From Octopus sinensis (Eukaryota), in the NCBI RefSeq assembly GCF_006345805.1, contig NC_043002.1, positions 89,714,001 to 89,778,000 on the forward strand: DNA of 64,000 nt. The letters run 5' to 3'. Each line of letters begins with the position of its first letter. Within the stretch, counting starts at the first letter, position 1. Shown here piece by piece: positions 1 through 13,535 of this stretch. The translations under genes were made by a program, and so were the position numbers. The notes under the pieces were generated by a model. It was given only the letters and a program-made list of their open reading frames with translations. It was not told where the DNA came from and did no database searches.

Positions 1-1148
1 CAATACCAAACAATTTTAATTGGCGTTTCTTTCATAAACCAGAAGGAAACAAATTATTTGTGATGTTCTTATATTGTCTATTAAAAAGAGATGATCAACC
101 ATTGCTGGAACACTTTTGATCATAGGTTAAACGTGGTTAAATAATCACAATATACAATATATCGTAAACAGTTACAACTGTTTTAATTGAAGTTGATTAG
201 ATTCGTTTACAAATTCAAACGACTTCGAATATTCGCATGTAGTCATAAAAGTTGGTTCTTTTTGGTCTGGAACCTTCCGTTTAGAAATTCTTTCTATCCA
301 TGTTAAAAAAATGTCCGAAATATTGAAGAGAGATTAAATGTAAACATATTTAGTTTTTATTCTATTTAGTAAAACTTTGTTTATGTCATTAAATGAAAAT
401 TTATTTGAAGAGTTAGTTCTCTAAAACTTTCTAGTTTTAATATCAGAACAATTCCTGATGCAATAGATACTTCGAGTGCAGCTTTTATAGCAAATGTTTA
501 TATGTAGGATGTTTATCTATAATTTATTCTCTATTTCTTTTTCTTGAGATTAAATTTTTAAGTAAATATGTACAGCTAGTAGCTTTTAAATATCATTTAC
601 ACATTTATATATTTAATTTTTTTTCTTTTAAATAAATGTCCTATTAATGTTTATCTAATTTTACTGCTCGCAAAACTTTTGAGGAAGTCGGGAAGGTTAT
701 AAACGATGCCGTAATAGCGCCACCTATTTTCTAACTGAATAAAGATTTACACCTCATATTAAGTAACATAAGCGGTTATTGTGTTTAGTTATCCAAGCGA
801 AATTTCGTCTTTTATGGTCATTCCTGTATTATAATTACGACAGAAGCAAAAGGTTAATTATTGTATTCAGAACATTTTGAAGATTAGTTACGTGTTAAAC
901 AAGTTGAAAGTTTATGAAAACCATACTTGTTTACTCTGAAAGCTCTATTTCTTTCTTGTGTTTGAATCGCCGGGTCAATGTAAATACATTAATATTTGAA
1001 ACATATTTACCCTTTCGTTACATTCTTCAGCATTTTTCATGAAATAGTTTTATCATGTATACAAGAAATTTAGGCAAAGATTTACATATTATGGGAATTT
1101 TTTTCCCCATCTAAAAAATAATATGGCTTCCAAAGAAAACACAAATTT

Positions 1149-1177
1149 GCTTTTGTTTTTGGTATCCCTTATATATA

Positions 1178-1233
<56 letters not shown>

Positions 1234-1345
1234 TTATGTATGTATGTATGTATGTATGTATGTATGTATATGTATGTATGTATGCTTTTGTTTTTGGTAT
1301 CCCTTATATATATATATATATAATATATATATATATATGTATATG

Positions 1346-1377
<32 letters not shown>

Positions 1378-1424
1378 TGTATGTATGTATGTATGTATGT
1401 ATGTATGTATGTGTGTGTGTGTGT
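1149..1424. repeat. Compound (TA)n/(GTAT)n microsatellite; the unique anchor GCTTTTGTTTTTGGTATCCCTT occurs twice
   Basis: Anchor at ~1149 and ~1283, each followed by TA then GTAT arrays. Confidence 0.9.
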
Positions 1425-1728
1425 AGCATTTCTCCTTAATGTGATGTCAACATTAAATAAATTTTGTTATTAAAACTTGTTCAGCATCTCTTATCAGGCG
1501 ATTTATGGTACTTAATTTCCATATCTTTTAGCCAGCAGAATCGATACAGAATTACACCTTAGAATCATCAGTTTATATATGGCGAGGCCATGTAATCGCG
1601 GCTAAAGTAATACACTAAGCTGTGAATGCGTTCTTAGTAATCACACAACACAGAATTCACAGCATAAGTAGCTGGACTACACCATCAAGTGACATTGGCT
1701 AATAATTCTTTGTTGAATATTCTTTCAG

Positions 1729-1806
1729 CCAAAAGCCATCATAGAGATGGATCTTAAAGAGGAAAAGAACACAGCTACTGACGACATCACCATTAAAACA
1801 CTGTAA
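1729..1806 (+). CDS. Candidate terminal coding exon (PKAIIEMDLKEEKNTATDDITIKTL*), product unknown
   Basis: CTAAT branch-like motif at 1699-1703, TTCTTTCAG acceptor ending 1728, open phase-0 frame to TAA; no homology recognised. Confidence 0.2.
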   Translation, partial: PKAIIEMDLKEEKNTATDDITIKTL

Positions 1807-1995
1807 TGCTTCAAGATAACCCGGTTGGCGAACACACACATACAATACTCCACACATACTCACGCACGAACGCACGCACACACACACACTCACACACACA
1901 CACACACACACACACATTTTGGAATTTGGCCAAAAGAAATGTTCATATTTGGTTATAGAACGTGGAAAGTCAGTGCCCCAAACCCAAAACCTGTC

Positions 1996-2195
1996 CTTTT
2001 CTTTTCTAAACAAGGTCCGAAATTTTGGGGGAGAGGACCAGTCGATTAGATCGACACCAGTACGTAACTGGTACTTAATTTATAGACCCTTGAAAGGATG
2101 AAAGGCAAAGTTGACCTGGTGGAATTTGAACTCAGAACGAAATACCACTAAGTATTTTACTCGGCGTGCTAACGTTTCTGCCAGCTCGGCGCCTT
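1996..2195 (-). mobile_element. SINE-A (tRNA-headed), tail type 2, diverged
   Basis: Reverse complement of the AAGGCGGCGAGCTGGCAGAAACGTTAGC head and the CCTTTCATCCTTTCGGGGTCGA central block shared by ~18 copies. Confidence 0.85.
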
Positions 2196-2196
2196 A

Positions 2197-3955
2197 AACC
2201 TGTGCATCAATCAACTCCTTATCTCCCCCATTCCACGCAAAGAATGTTACAAGTGCCTAGGCATACACGAAAATGTATCATATAAAGACACTGTAAATAA
2301 AGATAGAGTGACGCGAAAATATTACACCAGAAAATATGGCAGTCGGAACTCTCCTCTTACAACAAAACAATATCCCACAATGCATTTGCAGTACCAACAT
2401 TTGAGATACTTGATTGGTCTGTAGAGGCGGCGAGCTGGCAAGGCGGCGAGCTGGCAGAATCGTTAGCACGCCGGGCGAAATGCTTAGCGGTATTTCGTCT
2501 GCCGTTACGTTCTGAGTTCAAATTCCGCTGAGGTCGACTTTGCCTTTCATCCTTTTGGGGTCGATTAAATAAGTACCAGTTACGCACTGGGGTCGATATA
2601 ATCGACTTAATCCGTTTGTCTGTCATTGCTTGTCCTCTCTGTGTTTAGCCCCTTGTGGGTAGTAAAGAAATAGATTGGTCTGTAGAGGCAATCCACTCCA
2701 TAGATATCAAAACCCGCAAAATGCTGACAACAACTGGGAACTTCCACTGAAACAGCGATGTTAACAGGTTCTAACCTAAGAAGAAATGACGGTGGTAGAG
2801 GCCTGAGATCAGTGCAGACGGCCTTCGAATGCCGTATGGTATCACTCAGGCAGCACCTGCTAAACAACAGCAGCAAAAATAAATATATATATATATATGC
2901 AGTGCTGAAAAGTGAAGTGAGCAACATTGTACGAGTTGGCAGCAAACTCCTCAAGAAGCCCGCTCTTCCTGATGATCTCCTAAACAATCCCAAAACAGCT
3001 GGGCTCTCTTACCTCAGAGAAGATCTGGATGAAAAGCACTCGGCATACAAAAAACCAACAAACAAAAAGCTATGCATGGATATGTTGCCCGGAAGCTTGA
3101 AGAAGTTAGCAGAATTAACACGAAGCGCAGCCTCTCTTGGACACAAGACCACTACATCACATAACACTTTGAAGGCTATGCGTTTGCAATCCTGGAACAG
3201 GAGGTTGCCACAAAGTACCTGGTGAAAAAAAGAGACAGTGACGCTCCTGTGATCCCAAGGTGCAACCGCGTGTGTAGGCTATGTCATGTTTCTGTGAAAG
3301 ACGCATGGGATTAGCAGCTGTCCTAAAATGTCGTCGCGGTACTATCTCCCTATGCAGCATGATGTTGTTGCTAAAACAATTTACAATACCATCAGCAAAA
3401 AAGACTGTCCTGAAATAAACGTAGAAAATCCCTTTGTTATGGAATACATTCATAAGCACCAACTTAAGGAATACTGGTGGAATATTCCCATCAGAACTTC
3501 TGTCAAATGTAAACATAACAGGCCGGATATTGTTGTTTGGGACAGAGGGGCAAAGGTATATATCATCATAGAGGCCAGCTGCCCTACAGATATAAATATC
3601 TCTTTGAAAATCAAAGAAAAAGAGGATATTTATTGACAACTGCTTCGAAACCTCCAGCTTCTATATCCAGACTATGAATTCATATTCATACTAATAATAA
3701 TTGGAGCACTAAGCTCTGTTAGTAAATGCTTAAAGGAGAATCTGGATAAACTGGGATTTTCAGAAAGAGAAATCGACCGGCTGATTCGTACTTTACAAGT
3801 GCTGTCTGTGAGTGGAACAGTAAAAATATGCAAGATTTTTCTCAACTTTCAAATGTGAATTTGTCTGTGTTAACTACATCCCAAAGATGGAGCCTTGTAT
3901 CTTTGTTGGAAACCGGCTCCCTGCACAGTGGAAGATTTATAATATTTAAAAAATA
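2197..3955 (+). pseudogene. 5'-truncated, decayed R4/Dong-like non-LTR retrotransposon (RT C-terminus, CCHC knuckle, RLE endonuclease), family 1
   Basis: Pieces read YKCLG, GGRGL, CRLCH..H..SC, KHNRPDIVVWD..IIEASCP, ending at TGA 3856-3858; multiple stops and frameshifts. Confidence 0.85.
2425..2672 (+). mobile_element. SINE-A (tail type 1) inserted in the Dong-like element
   Basis: Full head, body and tail; TSD GATTGGTCTGTAG at 2412-2424 and 2673-2685. Confidence 0.95.
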
Positions 3956-4020
3956 GAAGAGACATACATACATATGTGCGTACGTAGTGTGTGTGTATAT
4001 GTGTGTGAATATATATATGC

Positions 4021-4058
<38 letters not shown>

Positions 4059-4060
<2 letters not shown>

Positions 4061-4290
4061 TTGCGGCCAAAATGTTCAGAACGGCATTGTTTTCGTCAGA
4101 AAAGTAGGTATAAGTTTTTATCAAAGTTGTTTTATATTCTATAATTTTCACAGACAATAAATACAAGCAAGAAATTGAAAATTTAATTTCCCCATGCAGT
4201 CGAAAATGTCAAACTTTGATTGAAGCTAAAGGACTTCACACTAAAATCTTACGAGGCTTTTCACGCTAACTACTGATAATTTCTTATAAA
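4059..4290. mobile_element. Possible Tc1-like terminal fragment
   Basis: TA-CAGTTGCGGCCAAAA start resembles Tc1 TIRs; no partner TIR found. Confidence 0.3.
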
Positions 4291-4310
4291 GATTTTATCC
4301 TTAATTTTAA

Positions 4311-4370
<60 letters not shown>

Positions 4371-5005
4371 TATATATATACATGTATATATGTATGTCTC
4401 TCTCTCTACACACACACATACACACACTCATACAGGAATACCTCGCTTTACGGAAGTAAGGCGTTCCAGAAAATCTGGTTGTAGCGCGAAATTTCGTCGT
4501 ATAAAATTCATTTTCCTATTGATTTTCATATTATCAAGTGAGGTTGCATTTCTACATACTTTTACGAAAGAAAAACGAAAAAAGACAGAATGAAACACAA
4601 AAACAACAACAACAACAGCGAATAAATAACACGATCACTTTTATACATGAAAATATCTACTTCTGATAAAGAACATTTCAAGAGGAATACTTTAGGGAAT
4701 TAATAAGAAACGTAATATCGTAAGAGTATGTTCTTACCACAAAAAATGTGGACCATTGTGTGAGGGGAGGTGGTGGAACGAGCGTCATTATGAGGATGAT
4801 GAACAATATTTACTATCTTATAGCTTTTCGTCACGAACATCAGCTCGAGGGGTGAAGGGCTTATCCAAAGTTGTTAGTGGATTATGACGTATCATCTTTT
4901 TGTACAGTTCAGCATCGGAATGGAGTCCATTGTAAACTCTTCTTGTAATTTTTATGTTACGTTCACAATTAGGATCATTATCAGCAAAAACCTGTAGACC
5001 TTCCT

Positions 5006-5960
5006 CTTCGAGGTGGTAGCAAAAGGTTCCAGGACTAGTTATTTCTAATAAAAAAAACGTATTTACCTATGTTTTTTAACATCATCTCCTTCGAAACAGT
5101 CACCTTGCGCAGCAATTCACCGGTTCCAGCGTTCCCGCCACTTTTGGAATCCCGCCTGGAAGTCGTTTTCTGTGAGTCGAGGACAATCAGCAATTCGTTC
5201 TGGATCTCCACAACGGTGTTAAAATGGCGACCTTTGAGCTGCATTTTCATCTTGGGAAGAGATGGAAGTCCACAGGTGCTAAATCTGGCAAACTGGGTGA
5301 GTGCGGAAGCGATATATATTTCTTTATTGCCCACAAGAGGTTAAACATAGAGGGGACAAACAAGGACAGACAAACGGATTAAGTCGATTGCATCGACCCC
5401 AGTGCGTAACTGGTACTTAATTTATCAACCCCGAAAGGATGAAAGACAAAGTCGACCTCGGCAGAATTTGAACTCACGACGTAACGACAGACGAAATGCG
5501 GCTACGCATTTCGCCCGGCGTGCTAACGTTTCTGCCAGAGAGTTAGGAGAGCTTGGTTACAGGGTGCATTGTCATCGTGAAGAATCCAATTCTTCGCTCT
5601 CCACAGTTCCGGTCACTTTCGGCAAATGTCCCTACCCCCAACCCAACGCTTCAAAACGTCACAGTAGAACCCTCGATTGATGGTCTGCCCCCCCCCTCAG
5701 GGCGGGGCCAACTCTCGATGCACACTACGACATTTCCGGAGATGACGCTCGTGGCAAGTCTTGCAGGACGACGTTCTTCCGCTTTTGAAGTGCCCGTGCC
5801 ACTCGAAACATTACGTAAGAGCCATTGCTTCGCCGCCGTAAGATTACGGAAGCGTATTCAATGCCTCTGTAATATACTTCCCAAATTTAACGCAAAATTT
5901 CACGTTAGCTCTTTGCTCCAATCCATGACAAAACCGCAGACGACAGCATACACGTGATCA
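5006..5960 (-). pseudogene. Decayed mariner transposase, internally deleted
   Basis: EQRANVKFCVK..FEWH..FKSGRTS (N-terminus), WILHDDNAP, LPHSPSLPDLAPVDFHLFP, LKGRHF. Confidence 0.85.
5317..5538 (-). mobile_element. SINE-A tail type 1
   Basis: Match to other copies. Confidence 0.9.
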
Positions 5961-5982
5961 CAAAAACACAAGTTTCACAACT

Positions 5983-6400
5983 AGGCGGCGAGCTGGCAGA
6001 AACGTTAGCACGCCGGGCGAAATGCTTAGCGGTATTTCGTCTGCCGTTACGTTCTGAGTTCAAATTCCGCCGAGGTCGACTTTGCCTTTCATCCTTTCGG
6101 GGTCGATTAAATAAGTACCAGTTACGCACTGGGGCCAATATAATCGATTAAATCCGTTTGTCTGTCCTTGTTTGTCCCCTCTGTGTTTAGCCCCTTGTGG
6201 GTAATAAAGAAATAGAAATAGGTATTTCGTCTGCCGTTACGTTCTGAGTTCAAATTCCGCCGAGGTCGACTTTGCCTTTCATCCTTTCGGGGCTGATAAA
6301 TTAAGTACCAGTTGCCTACTGGGGTCGATGTAGTCGACATAATCCCTTTGTCTGTCTTTATTTGTCCTCTCTATTGCCTTGTGGGCAATAAAGAAATAAA
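5983..6400 (+). mobile_element. SINE-A dimer (head-body-tail-body-tail)
   Basis: Second body starts at GGTATTTCG 6221; a single TSD ACAAGTTTCACAACT (5968-5982, 6403-6417) encloses both. Confidence 0.95.
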
Positions 6401-7231
6401 AAACAAGTTTCACAACTTGCAAAGTAAGCACAGTGGTGTCATTCGGCAAACTGCTAGCTCTCGTTGCGCACGCAACCGTGAGTTGTCATTTGTTGGCGCA
6501 AAATTGCTGTTGACAGACTTCGGCAGATATTGTTTTCACCTCAATAGACGTCATTGATTGGTTGAAATTGCCGAAAATTAAGAAGTTAAAGACCAAATAT
6601 TTTACAAACTACAGAATTTTCTCAATTTAAAACACAATAGGAGTTTCCGTAAGAGAGAAATTACAGATCGTGTCCTGAAATTAAAGGTCGTATTTTTCAA
6701 TTTCTGTAAGTGCGAAATTCCGTAACCTGCGGTGGTCGCAACGCGGAGGATACCTAAAACATTCATGCACATGATTAAGAGAAATCAACTAGAGTTGTCA
6801 CCGGTATGAAATACAACCGACTGATGTAGTGAAAAAAAACGTAGAATGAAGGGAAAAAGGGGTTAGTGGAGGGAAGAAGTGTTTTCTTATATTCATTTCC
6901 CAGGAGACACCGTCAATGATTTTAGAACTGTTGTTTTGGCAATCGTTTGGTCAAAGTGCAACGCCCAGAGACATCGTTTTAACAATATATACACAAGACA
7001 CCTTACCTCAGTCTCAATATAATTTATTAAAAACAAACAAGTGACGTCAACATGATCGTGCTGAAGATGAGAACGACGATGATAATGATTTAATGATAAT
7101 GATGGTAGTGGTAATAATAATGTTGATGTTGGTGGTGTGTTATGATGATTATGATTACAGTCAGTTTTTCGGCTCCAAAGTAGAATAGAGGAATTTGGCA
7201 AATTGTCAACAATATCCCGTGTGCGTGTGTT

Positions 7232-7278
<47 letters not shown>

Positions 7279-7343
7279 ATGTTAGTGTAACTTATTTAAT
7301 CATCATTTCTCTCTCTATCTCTCTATCTCAATACATATATATA

Positions 7344-7383
<40 letters not shown>

Positions 7384-7409
7384 CTGTGTGTGTGTATAAT
7401 ATGAAAAAG

Positions 7410-7850
7410 ATCCCGAGGCTTAAAGTTGTGCTCGGATTACATGTGCTTGAAGGGGAATAGGAATTATCTACAGACATCCTGGCGCAAAGGCTATCCAAAA
7501 TACGTCAATGTGAAAAGGCAAAGACCAGATATTGTCCTATGGTCGAAATCAGATGCTAGACTCATCTTGGTCGAGCTGACAGTCCCTTATGGGAGACAAG
7601 TAGATGAACAATATATTAAAAAATATGATGACCTTGTGAAAGAGCCCTCAAAAGTGGGGTACTCTTGCACAGTAAAAGCAGTGGATTTTGGCTCACGAGT
7701 GTTTGTCGTAAATCCATAGGCCAAGTACTAATGTTGGCTCAGAATCAAAGGCTGCAAAATCAACAGCGACGATGAAACGCCTGTCAGAGACCGCTGAGAA
7801 GAACTCAATGCGGCTACAGGTAAAGAGAAATGATTGCTGAAGCTGAAAAG
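7410..7850 (+). pseudogene. RLE endonuclease fragment of a HERO/R2-like non-LTR element
   Basis: RPDIVLWS..LILVELTVP..KKYDDLV..GYSC..VDFGSRVF. Confidence 0.75.
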
Positions 7851-8015
7851 GAATACAAAAAGTCATTAAACATAGTAGGAAGGAAACCCAGTTTGAAGCA
7901 GTGCAAGTTCTTGCGGTGGTCTTTGTGGCCGAACGACAAGCTTATTTGAAGATGCCAAGTTCAAATTTCCCTAAAAACAGAAGTCATTATCTAGGTGGGT
8001 CTGGTTCCCCTAGAG

Positions 8016-8305
8016 CAGTGGTTCCCAAAGTGGGAGGTATTGCCTCCCTGGAGGCGGTGAAAATCCCCAAGGGGATGTTGAAAAAAGTGGAGCGATAAGG
8101 GGGTCACGATTCATGTAAAAACAACAAAATAATGAGTTCATCAGGTTAAATATTATTTGTGAAATACAGTTGCTTTGAATTTGTTTCAGAAAGAGGTCTA
8201 TTTTTGTGATGGTTTGTTGGGGTCTATTTTTATGATGGTTAGTTGGGTAGGAATGTGAGCTGAGTGTCAAAGGGGCGGCAGCCCGGAAAAGTTTGGGAAC
8301 CACTG
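8016..8305. mobile_element. hAT (Charlie-type) MITE
   Basis: TIR CAGTGGTTCCCAAA at both ends; 8-bp TSD CCCTAGAG / CCTTAGAG. Confidence 0.9.
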
Positions 8306-9228
8306 CCTTAGAGTGAGGAGAAACTAATGAGCTGAAACACTTGTTTGACGAAAAGTTCTTCATCTGAAGATTGCTCCTGCAGCCCGTTCGCCCCGTCGTT
8401 AGTTTCTACTTAAGTATACTAGTAGTACTAGTATGGAGGCTGTAACATTTGTTAGTGATTCCCTACTACTGTCGGATGACACTTTGGTAAATCTCAGGTG
8501 ACAACTTTCCAATCCATGGGTCTGTTTGGCTAGTCGTTGCTTGTGAGGGTTTTACGAGGTCGGAATGAAAATCCTACCTCAGCCATTTTCTTAGTCGACT
8601 TTTACGGGACGCAAAGGAAAAGTTGGATCTATTCTTTAATATGTCGGTCTCCACACAACGCTTTTACGAAAGTAGTTAAAAAATTGATTCTTTCAAAGTT
8701 TGGCACCATAACGGCAATATCGAAAATGATGGAGAATCCTCCCCTCCTCCTCCTCCTCCTCCTCCTCCTCCCCCTCCTCCTGTTAAGCATCTAAATGTTT
8801 TGCATGTGTGTGTGTGCGTGCATATGGATGTAATATATAAAATATGAATATATAAATTTAAATAATTAGAAAATAATTAACAAACTAGGACCACATCTGT
8901 AGATTATTTTTTAATACAAAACCTGACAATGCCAGTCGGAGCTTACAACTGGCATTGGAAGCGGAAACGGCCGTAAGAAATGCTATGTCATAGAAATGTT
9001 ATGTGGTCCAAATTGTTTGCTTGTTGGTGAAAAGTTTTCTCCATTTTCTTATTATATAATTTGATTCCTGTTATACTTTTGTCTATTTTGTTGTTACCTG
9101 TACCCTACGAGCATAGTGTGCCTGCATACCCATGCCCAGGGATAGCACAGGTAACTGATACCGATAGTAAATACGGATATTTTTATCCCTTAGACGGTTA
9201 CTACAACCGCTAACTCTGCTTACCTTTG

Positions 9229-9268
<40 letters not shown>

Positions 9269-9415
9269 TATATATATTTATATACATACACACACATATA
9301 TATACATAAATATATGTCTAATATAGTCCACAATTGAGCTCTCTCTCTCTCTCTCTCTCTTTCTATATATATATATATTATATATATATATATATATAAT
9401 TATATATATATATAT

Positions 9416-9640
9416 ATTTCTTTACTACCCACAAGGGGCTAAACACATAGGGGACAAACAAGGACAGACAAACGGATTAAGTCGATTACATCGACCCCAG
9501 TGCGCAACTGGTACTTAATTTATCGGCACCGAAAGGATGAAAGGCAAAGTGGACCTCGGCGGAATTTGAACGTAATGGCAGACGAAATATGGCTACGCAT
9601 TTCGCCCGGCGTGCTAACATTTCTGCCTGCTCGCCGCCTT
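9416..9640 (-). mobile_element. SINE-A tail type 1
   Basis: Match to other copies. Confidence 0.9.
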
Positions 9641-9788
9641 TTATATATATATGTGTGTTGGTGGGTGGGTGTTCCCCACCACCGTTTGAGAATGAGATGT
9701 TGGTTTGTTTACATCCTCGTAACTTAGCTCTAAGCATTTTACCCGACGTGCCAACGATTCTGCCCGCTCGCTGCCTTAAAGTTTTACG

Positions 9789-9853
<65 letters not shown>

Positions 9854-10242
9854 GTCTGTCTGTCTGTCTGTCTGTCTGTGCTTGCGTGTGCGTAGTCGTT
9901 GATTGTTCCTATTTGAAAGGTCGGTGGAAGATATAATCATCGATTATATAAATACTGACAATTTTAACAGTTTTTATTTATAGAAATTTATTTCTTTTGA
10001 CTCAGCAGAAGGCCATTTTCCTTTTGCTTGTTATTTTAAGTGGAACTGGGTGGAGGTCTACAGTTGATAAAAATCGATACTCCGAACTTAGGACTATAAA
10101 ATATCTTACTGGGTATCGATCCTACTGTTTTACTCCATCAGTATAATCAAATGTGTTGCTATAGTGATGTCTTCCTGTAGACACACAACCTTCGTAGGGA
10201 GGTTGTGTGTGTGTGTGTGTGTGTGGTGTGTGTGTGTGTGTA

Positions 10243-10294
<52 letters not shown>

Positions 10295-10534
10295 GTGGTC
10301 GTATACTGTCAACTCTATGTGACAGTCCCGTAAGGGAATTACACTACTGCCATTTAGCCCTAGGAAACATCGACGTCTCCGGTCGGCTTTGACACATTTT
10401 CTGTGTCCTTATATTTGCAAAGGGGAAGCAATCACCCTCGCCAGCTGGGACTAAGCACCTGAAGACATATGTTTCTGAGTCTATTGCTCGTCGTCAGTTC
10501 AGGGTAATCAGTTTCGTATATATATATATACATA

Positions 10535-10830
10535 TAGGTGCAAGCGTGGCTGTTTGGTTAAGAAGCTTGCTTCCAAACCATGTAGTGTTAGGTTTAGTTC
10601 CACTGTGTGGCATCTTCGGCAAGTGTCTTCTAGTATAGCACAGGCCCGACCAAAGACTTGTGGGTGTATCTGTTATGTTTGTCCCTCACCACCATTTGAT
10701 AACTGGTGATAATTTGTTTATGTCCCTGTAACTTATCGGTTTGGCCTCATTGAATAAGTATCAAATAAAAAGAAGCAAAAAATTACAAATACTGTGGTCG
10801 ATTTGTTCGACAAACCCCTTTAAGGCGGTG
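10535..10830 (+). mobile_element. SINE-B (tRNA head plus CORE-like block), diverged
   Basis: GGCATCTT(G)GGCAAGTGTCTTCT block and GCGGTGCTCCAGCATGG-like 3' part. Confidence 0.75.
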
Positions 10831-10869
10831 CCTCAGCATGGGGTTAAAATAGTTATCTATGCATCATGG

Positions 10870-11570
10870 ATAGTTCTCCACACGCGGTCTTATCACAGTG
10901 CAGACTGCGACACAGACCACTCCTTGGTGTGCCGCAAGATCAGGCTGCAACCCCCAAAATTCCACCGTGCAAAGAAACCGGGGACCTCACACATCGATGT
11001 CAACAAGATGTCTCAGCCCAACCTTGTAGAACAGTTTGCAGAGTCTTTTGAGGAGGAGTATGATGCGACACAGTCCATAGATACTGACACAGAGAGATGG
11101 GAAACTCTGCGAGACACAATCCATCGCACAGCCTAGTGTATCTTCGTAAAGAAGACCCCAAAGTCACTTGACTGGTTCAAGGCCAAGTCGCTTGAGATAA
11201 CCCCTGTAATTGAGGCCAAACGAGGCGCACTGGCAGAATACAAGCGGTCACCCACTGAGAGGAACCTGCAGATTCTAAGAGCTGCCAGGAGCAAGGTCCA
11301 GCACACCACCAGGCGCTGCGCCATTGAGTACTTGACAGAGCTTAGCGAGTAGATCCATATGACCGCCGCAACTGGCGACATCAGAGGGATGTACGACAGC
11401 ATCAAGAGGGCGCTGGGACCAATGCAGAGCAAGACGGCCACCCATTCAAATCCCTCTTCGCATTGGTCTCCATAGCCACAGGAGGCGCTACTCAAGCCAA
11501 GCGGCCCAACCTAGACAATAAATGGACGGATGTGATACCGATGGTCAGCCATGACCGAAGGTGGCCTTTA
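10870..11570 (+). pseudogene. RTE (BovB-like) fragment: endonuclease end and linker
   Basis: LHTRSYHSADCDTDHSLVC..; DWFKAKS..IRGMYDSIKRALGP. Confidence 0.85.
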
Positions 11571-12621
11571 TATAGATAGATAGTTTATGCTAAAATAGTT
11601 ATCTGTACATCATACTCAATCTATATACACCATTGATTGGCCATTTACTGCAGCTTTCGTCCTGAGATAACTGCTTTTAATGATCTGCTGTGTTACAAAC
11701 ACAATAAATATTAGAGAGAGATGAAAAGTCGCCTCAGCAGCGGCCATCGTGAACATCATATTCATTTCGGCTCTTTTGGGTCTCCTCAGTGACATATATT
11801 CGCAAAAAGAATGCTGTAGTAATTGGCCTTTCAACAGTATGTACATTAATTATGATACTTAGCTGTCTATTTTAATTTAATTCTGCCTTAATTGCGAATG
11901 CCGGATTTTTGGTAAGGTATTTCATTTAACATCTTCCGATAGAATACATTTAAATAACTTGTGTGGAAGTCCTTTGTATGCACTACTGTACCTGTCCTTC
12001 AAAAGTTCTTCGTGATCTACAGGGTCACGTTCAAGATACACATGTCTGGTGGACTCAGCCACACACGCAAGTAAACCAGTAGGTAAGTAGTTCAGTTGAT
12101 CAAACAAGTGGAACAGTCATCGTCGAAACCGTGGAATTATTTACTTTTATGTTTGTATGAGCCTTCGTGTGAATGCGTTTGCAAACACAACTGTGTGTCG
12201 CTGCATGCATGGCAATGTATACGTAAATGCTTGTTGTTGTGGTGTAGCTCGCGGTCAACCACAGTTCATGGTGGCGCTAGAACGATGAATCAGATCCACA
12301 GAGCCATTCTTCCAGAGAAGCAACGCCTCTATCTCATTGAAGACATCATGGCATAAGTATATTCTGAAGTGACGAATCGTGACAGTTTCACGTGTTGCAC
12401 TCATTCCACAGTTCAATGTATATCTCCAGTTTGATGTTATTGTTTTGTAGTCGAGGTCAGTTGTTGTGGAGCGAAGTTTCTGGAGGACTGATGTTGGGCT
12501 GTAATTGTTGATGAGGCTTGAAGCAGTATCTGGAGAATGATGGGAGGACCTGAGTATCATGTAATCTACATATCACGGGAGTTCGTATGTTTTGTGGAGG
12601 TGTTAGAAGGCCGTGTTGGTA

Positions 12622-12812
12622 TCTTTTACCTGTTTCAGTCGATACACAGCTGCCATACTGGGGCATTTCCTTGAAGAATTTTTAGTCGAATGTGTCGACC
12701 CCAATACTTATTTCTTAAAGCCTGGTACTTATTTTATCGATTTCTTATGCCGAACCGCTGAGTTACGGGGAGATAAACACCAGTACCAGTTGTCAAGAGG
12801 TGGTGCGAAAGA

Positions 12813-12859
<47 letters not shown>

Positions 12860-13020
12860 GACGGGCATTTTCAGTTTACATTTATCATATTCATTCGCAA
12901 GGGTTGGTCGGCTCGACGCTTTAGTAGAAGACACTTGCTCAAGATGTCACGCAGTGGACTGAATCCCGAACCATGTGGTTAGGAACCAAGCTTCTTACCA
13001 CGCAGCCACGCCTGCGTCTA
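12622..13020 (-). mobile_element. SINE-B, diverged
   Basis: Match to other copies, internal (CA)n. Confidence 0.8.
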
Positions 13021-13535
13021 ACAGAAATTAAATGTATGAGAGCGCAGGTCAGTGTGATGCACCATCTGTGAAATTGCAGGTTCTGAAAAGTCTTCTTAAA
13101 CACTACAAAGGCTCGACATTCTGACAGTCCAATAGTCAACATTTTGAATTGTTTCTTCAGCAGTTGTAGAATATGTTTTTGTATGAATGGAAGGCTTTGC
13201 TGATGTCGATGCTTATCAGAGTGCCACATGTGGGAAGCGTTTTTTTTTGAAATCATTATGCATTTTCTATGTTAGGTTTATGAATAGGATTGTGGTTGAA
13301 TATTGTGGTGTGAATATGTGTTATGTTTTCAAAAGGGAGATATCTAGATTTGATAGTTTAGAATCTTTGAAGATGTACATAGAAGGGGTTAAGGTCTGTT
13401 GCTTCACTTGGGATTTTTATTGAGATTTTTTATTGTTATAAGTTTGTCAACTTACCAGATCCTGGGAATTTGATACATATAGTTGTAGATGATGGTGACT
13501 GTAATGATTCTGCAAGTCCCTTGAATGCTTTAGAT

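Larger units (their letters stand above)
4433..6755 (-). mobile_element. Internally deleted Tigger/pogo-like element hosting a mariner and SINEs
   Basis: TA-CAGGAATACCTCG terminus; minus frame ~4850-4990 reads FADNDPNCER..LYKK..TTLD (Tigger-like C-terminus); weak opposite TIR near 6735-6755. Confidence 0.55.

Noticed and set aside
130-500. Protein-like minus-strand frames (TWIERISKRK.., FAIKAALEVS..)
   Set aside because: Short, stop-interrupted, AT-rich, and with no recognisable domain or splice frame
5402-6340. Recurrent ORFs such as MRNWYL..RKDERQSRPR.. and MLGGQTQTH..
   Set aside because: Antisense or sense readings of SINE-A and SINE-B, repeated wherever the SINE occurs
6904-7040. Open frame after a strong acceptor (TTCATTTCCCAG)
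   Set aside because: No convincing donor or homology; a competing donor-like motif lies on the opposite strand
11720-11865. Hydrophobic TM-like frame (AAAIVNIIFISALLGLLSDIYS)
   Set aside because: No start or splice boundaries that can be supported
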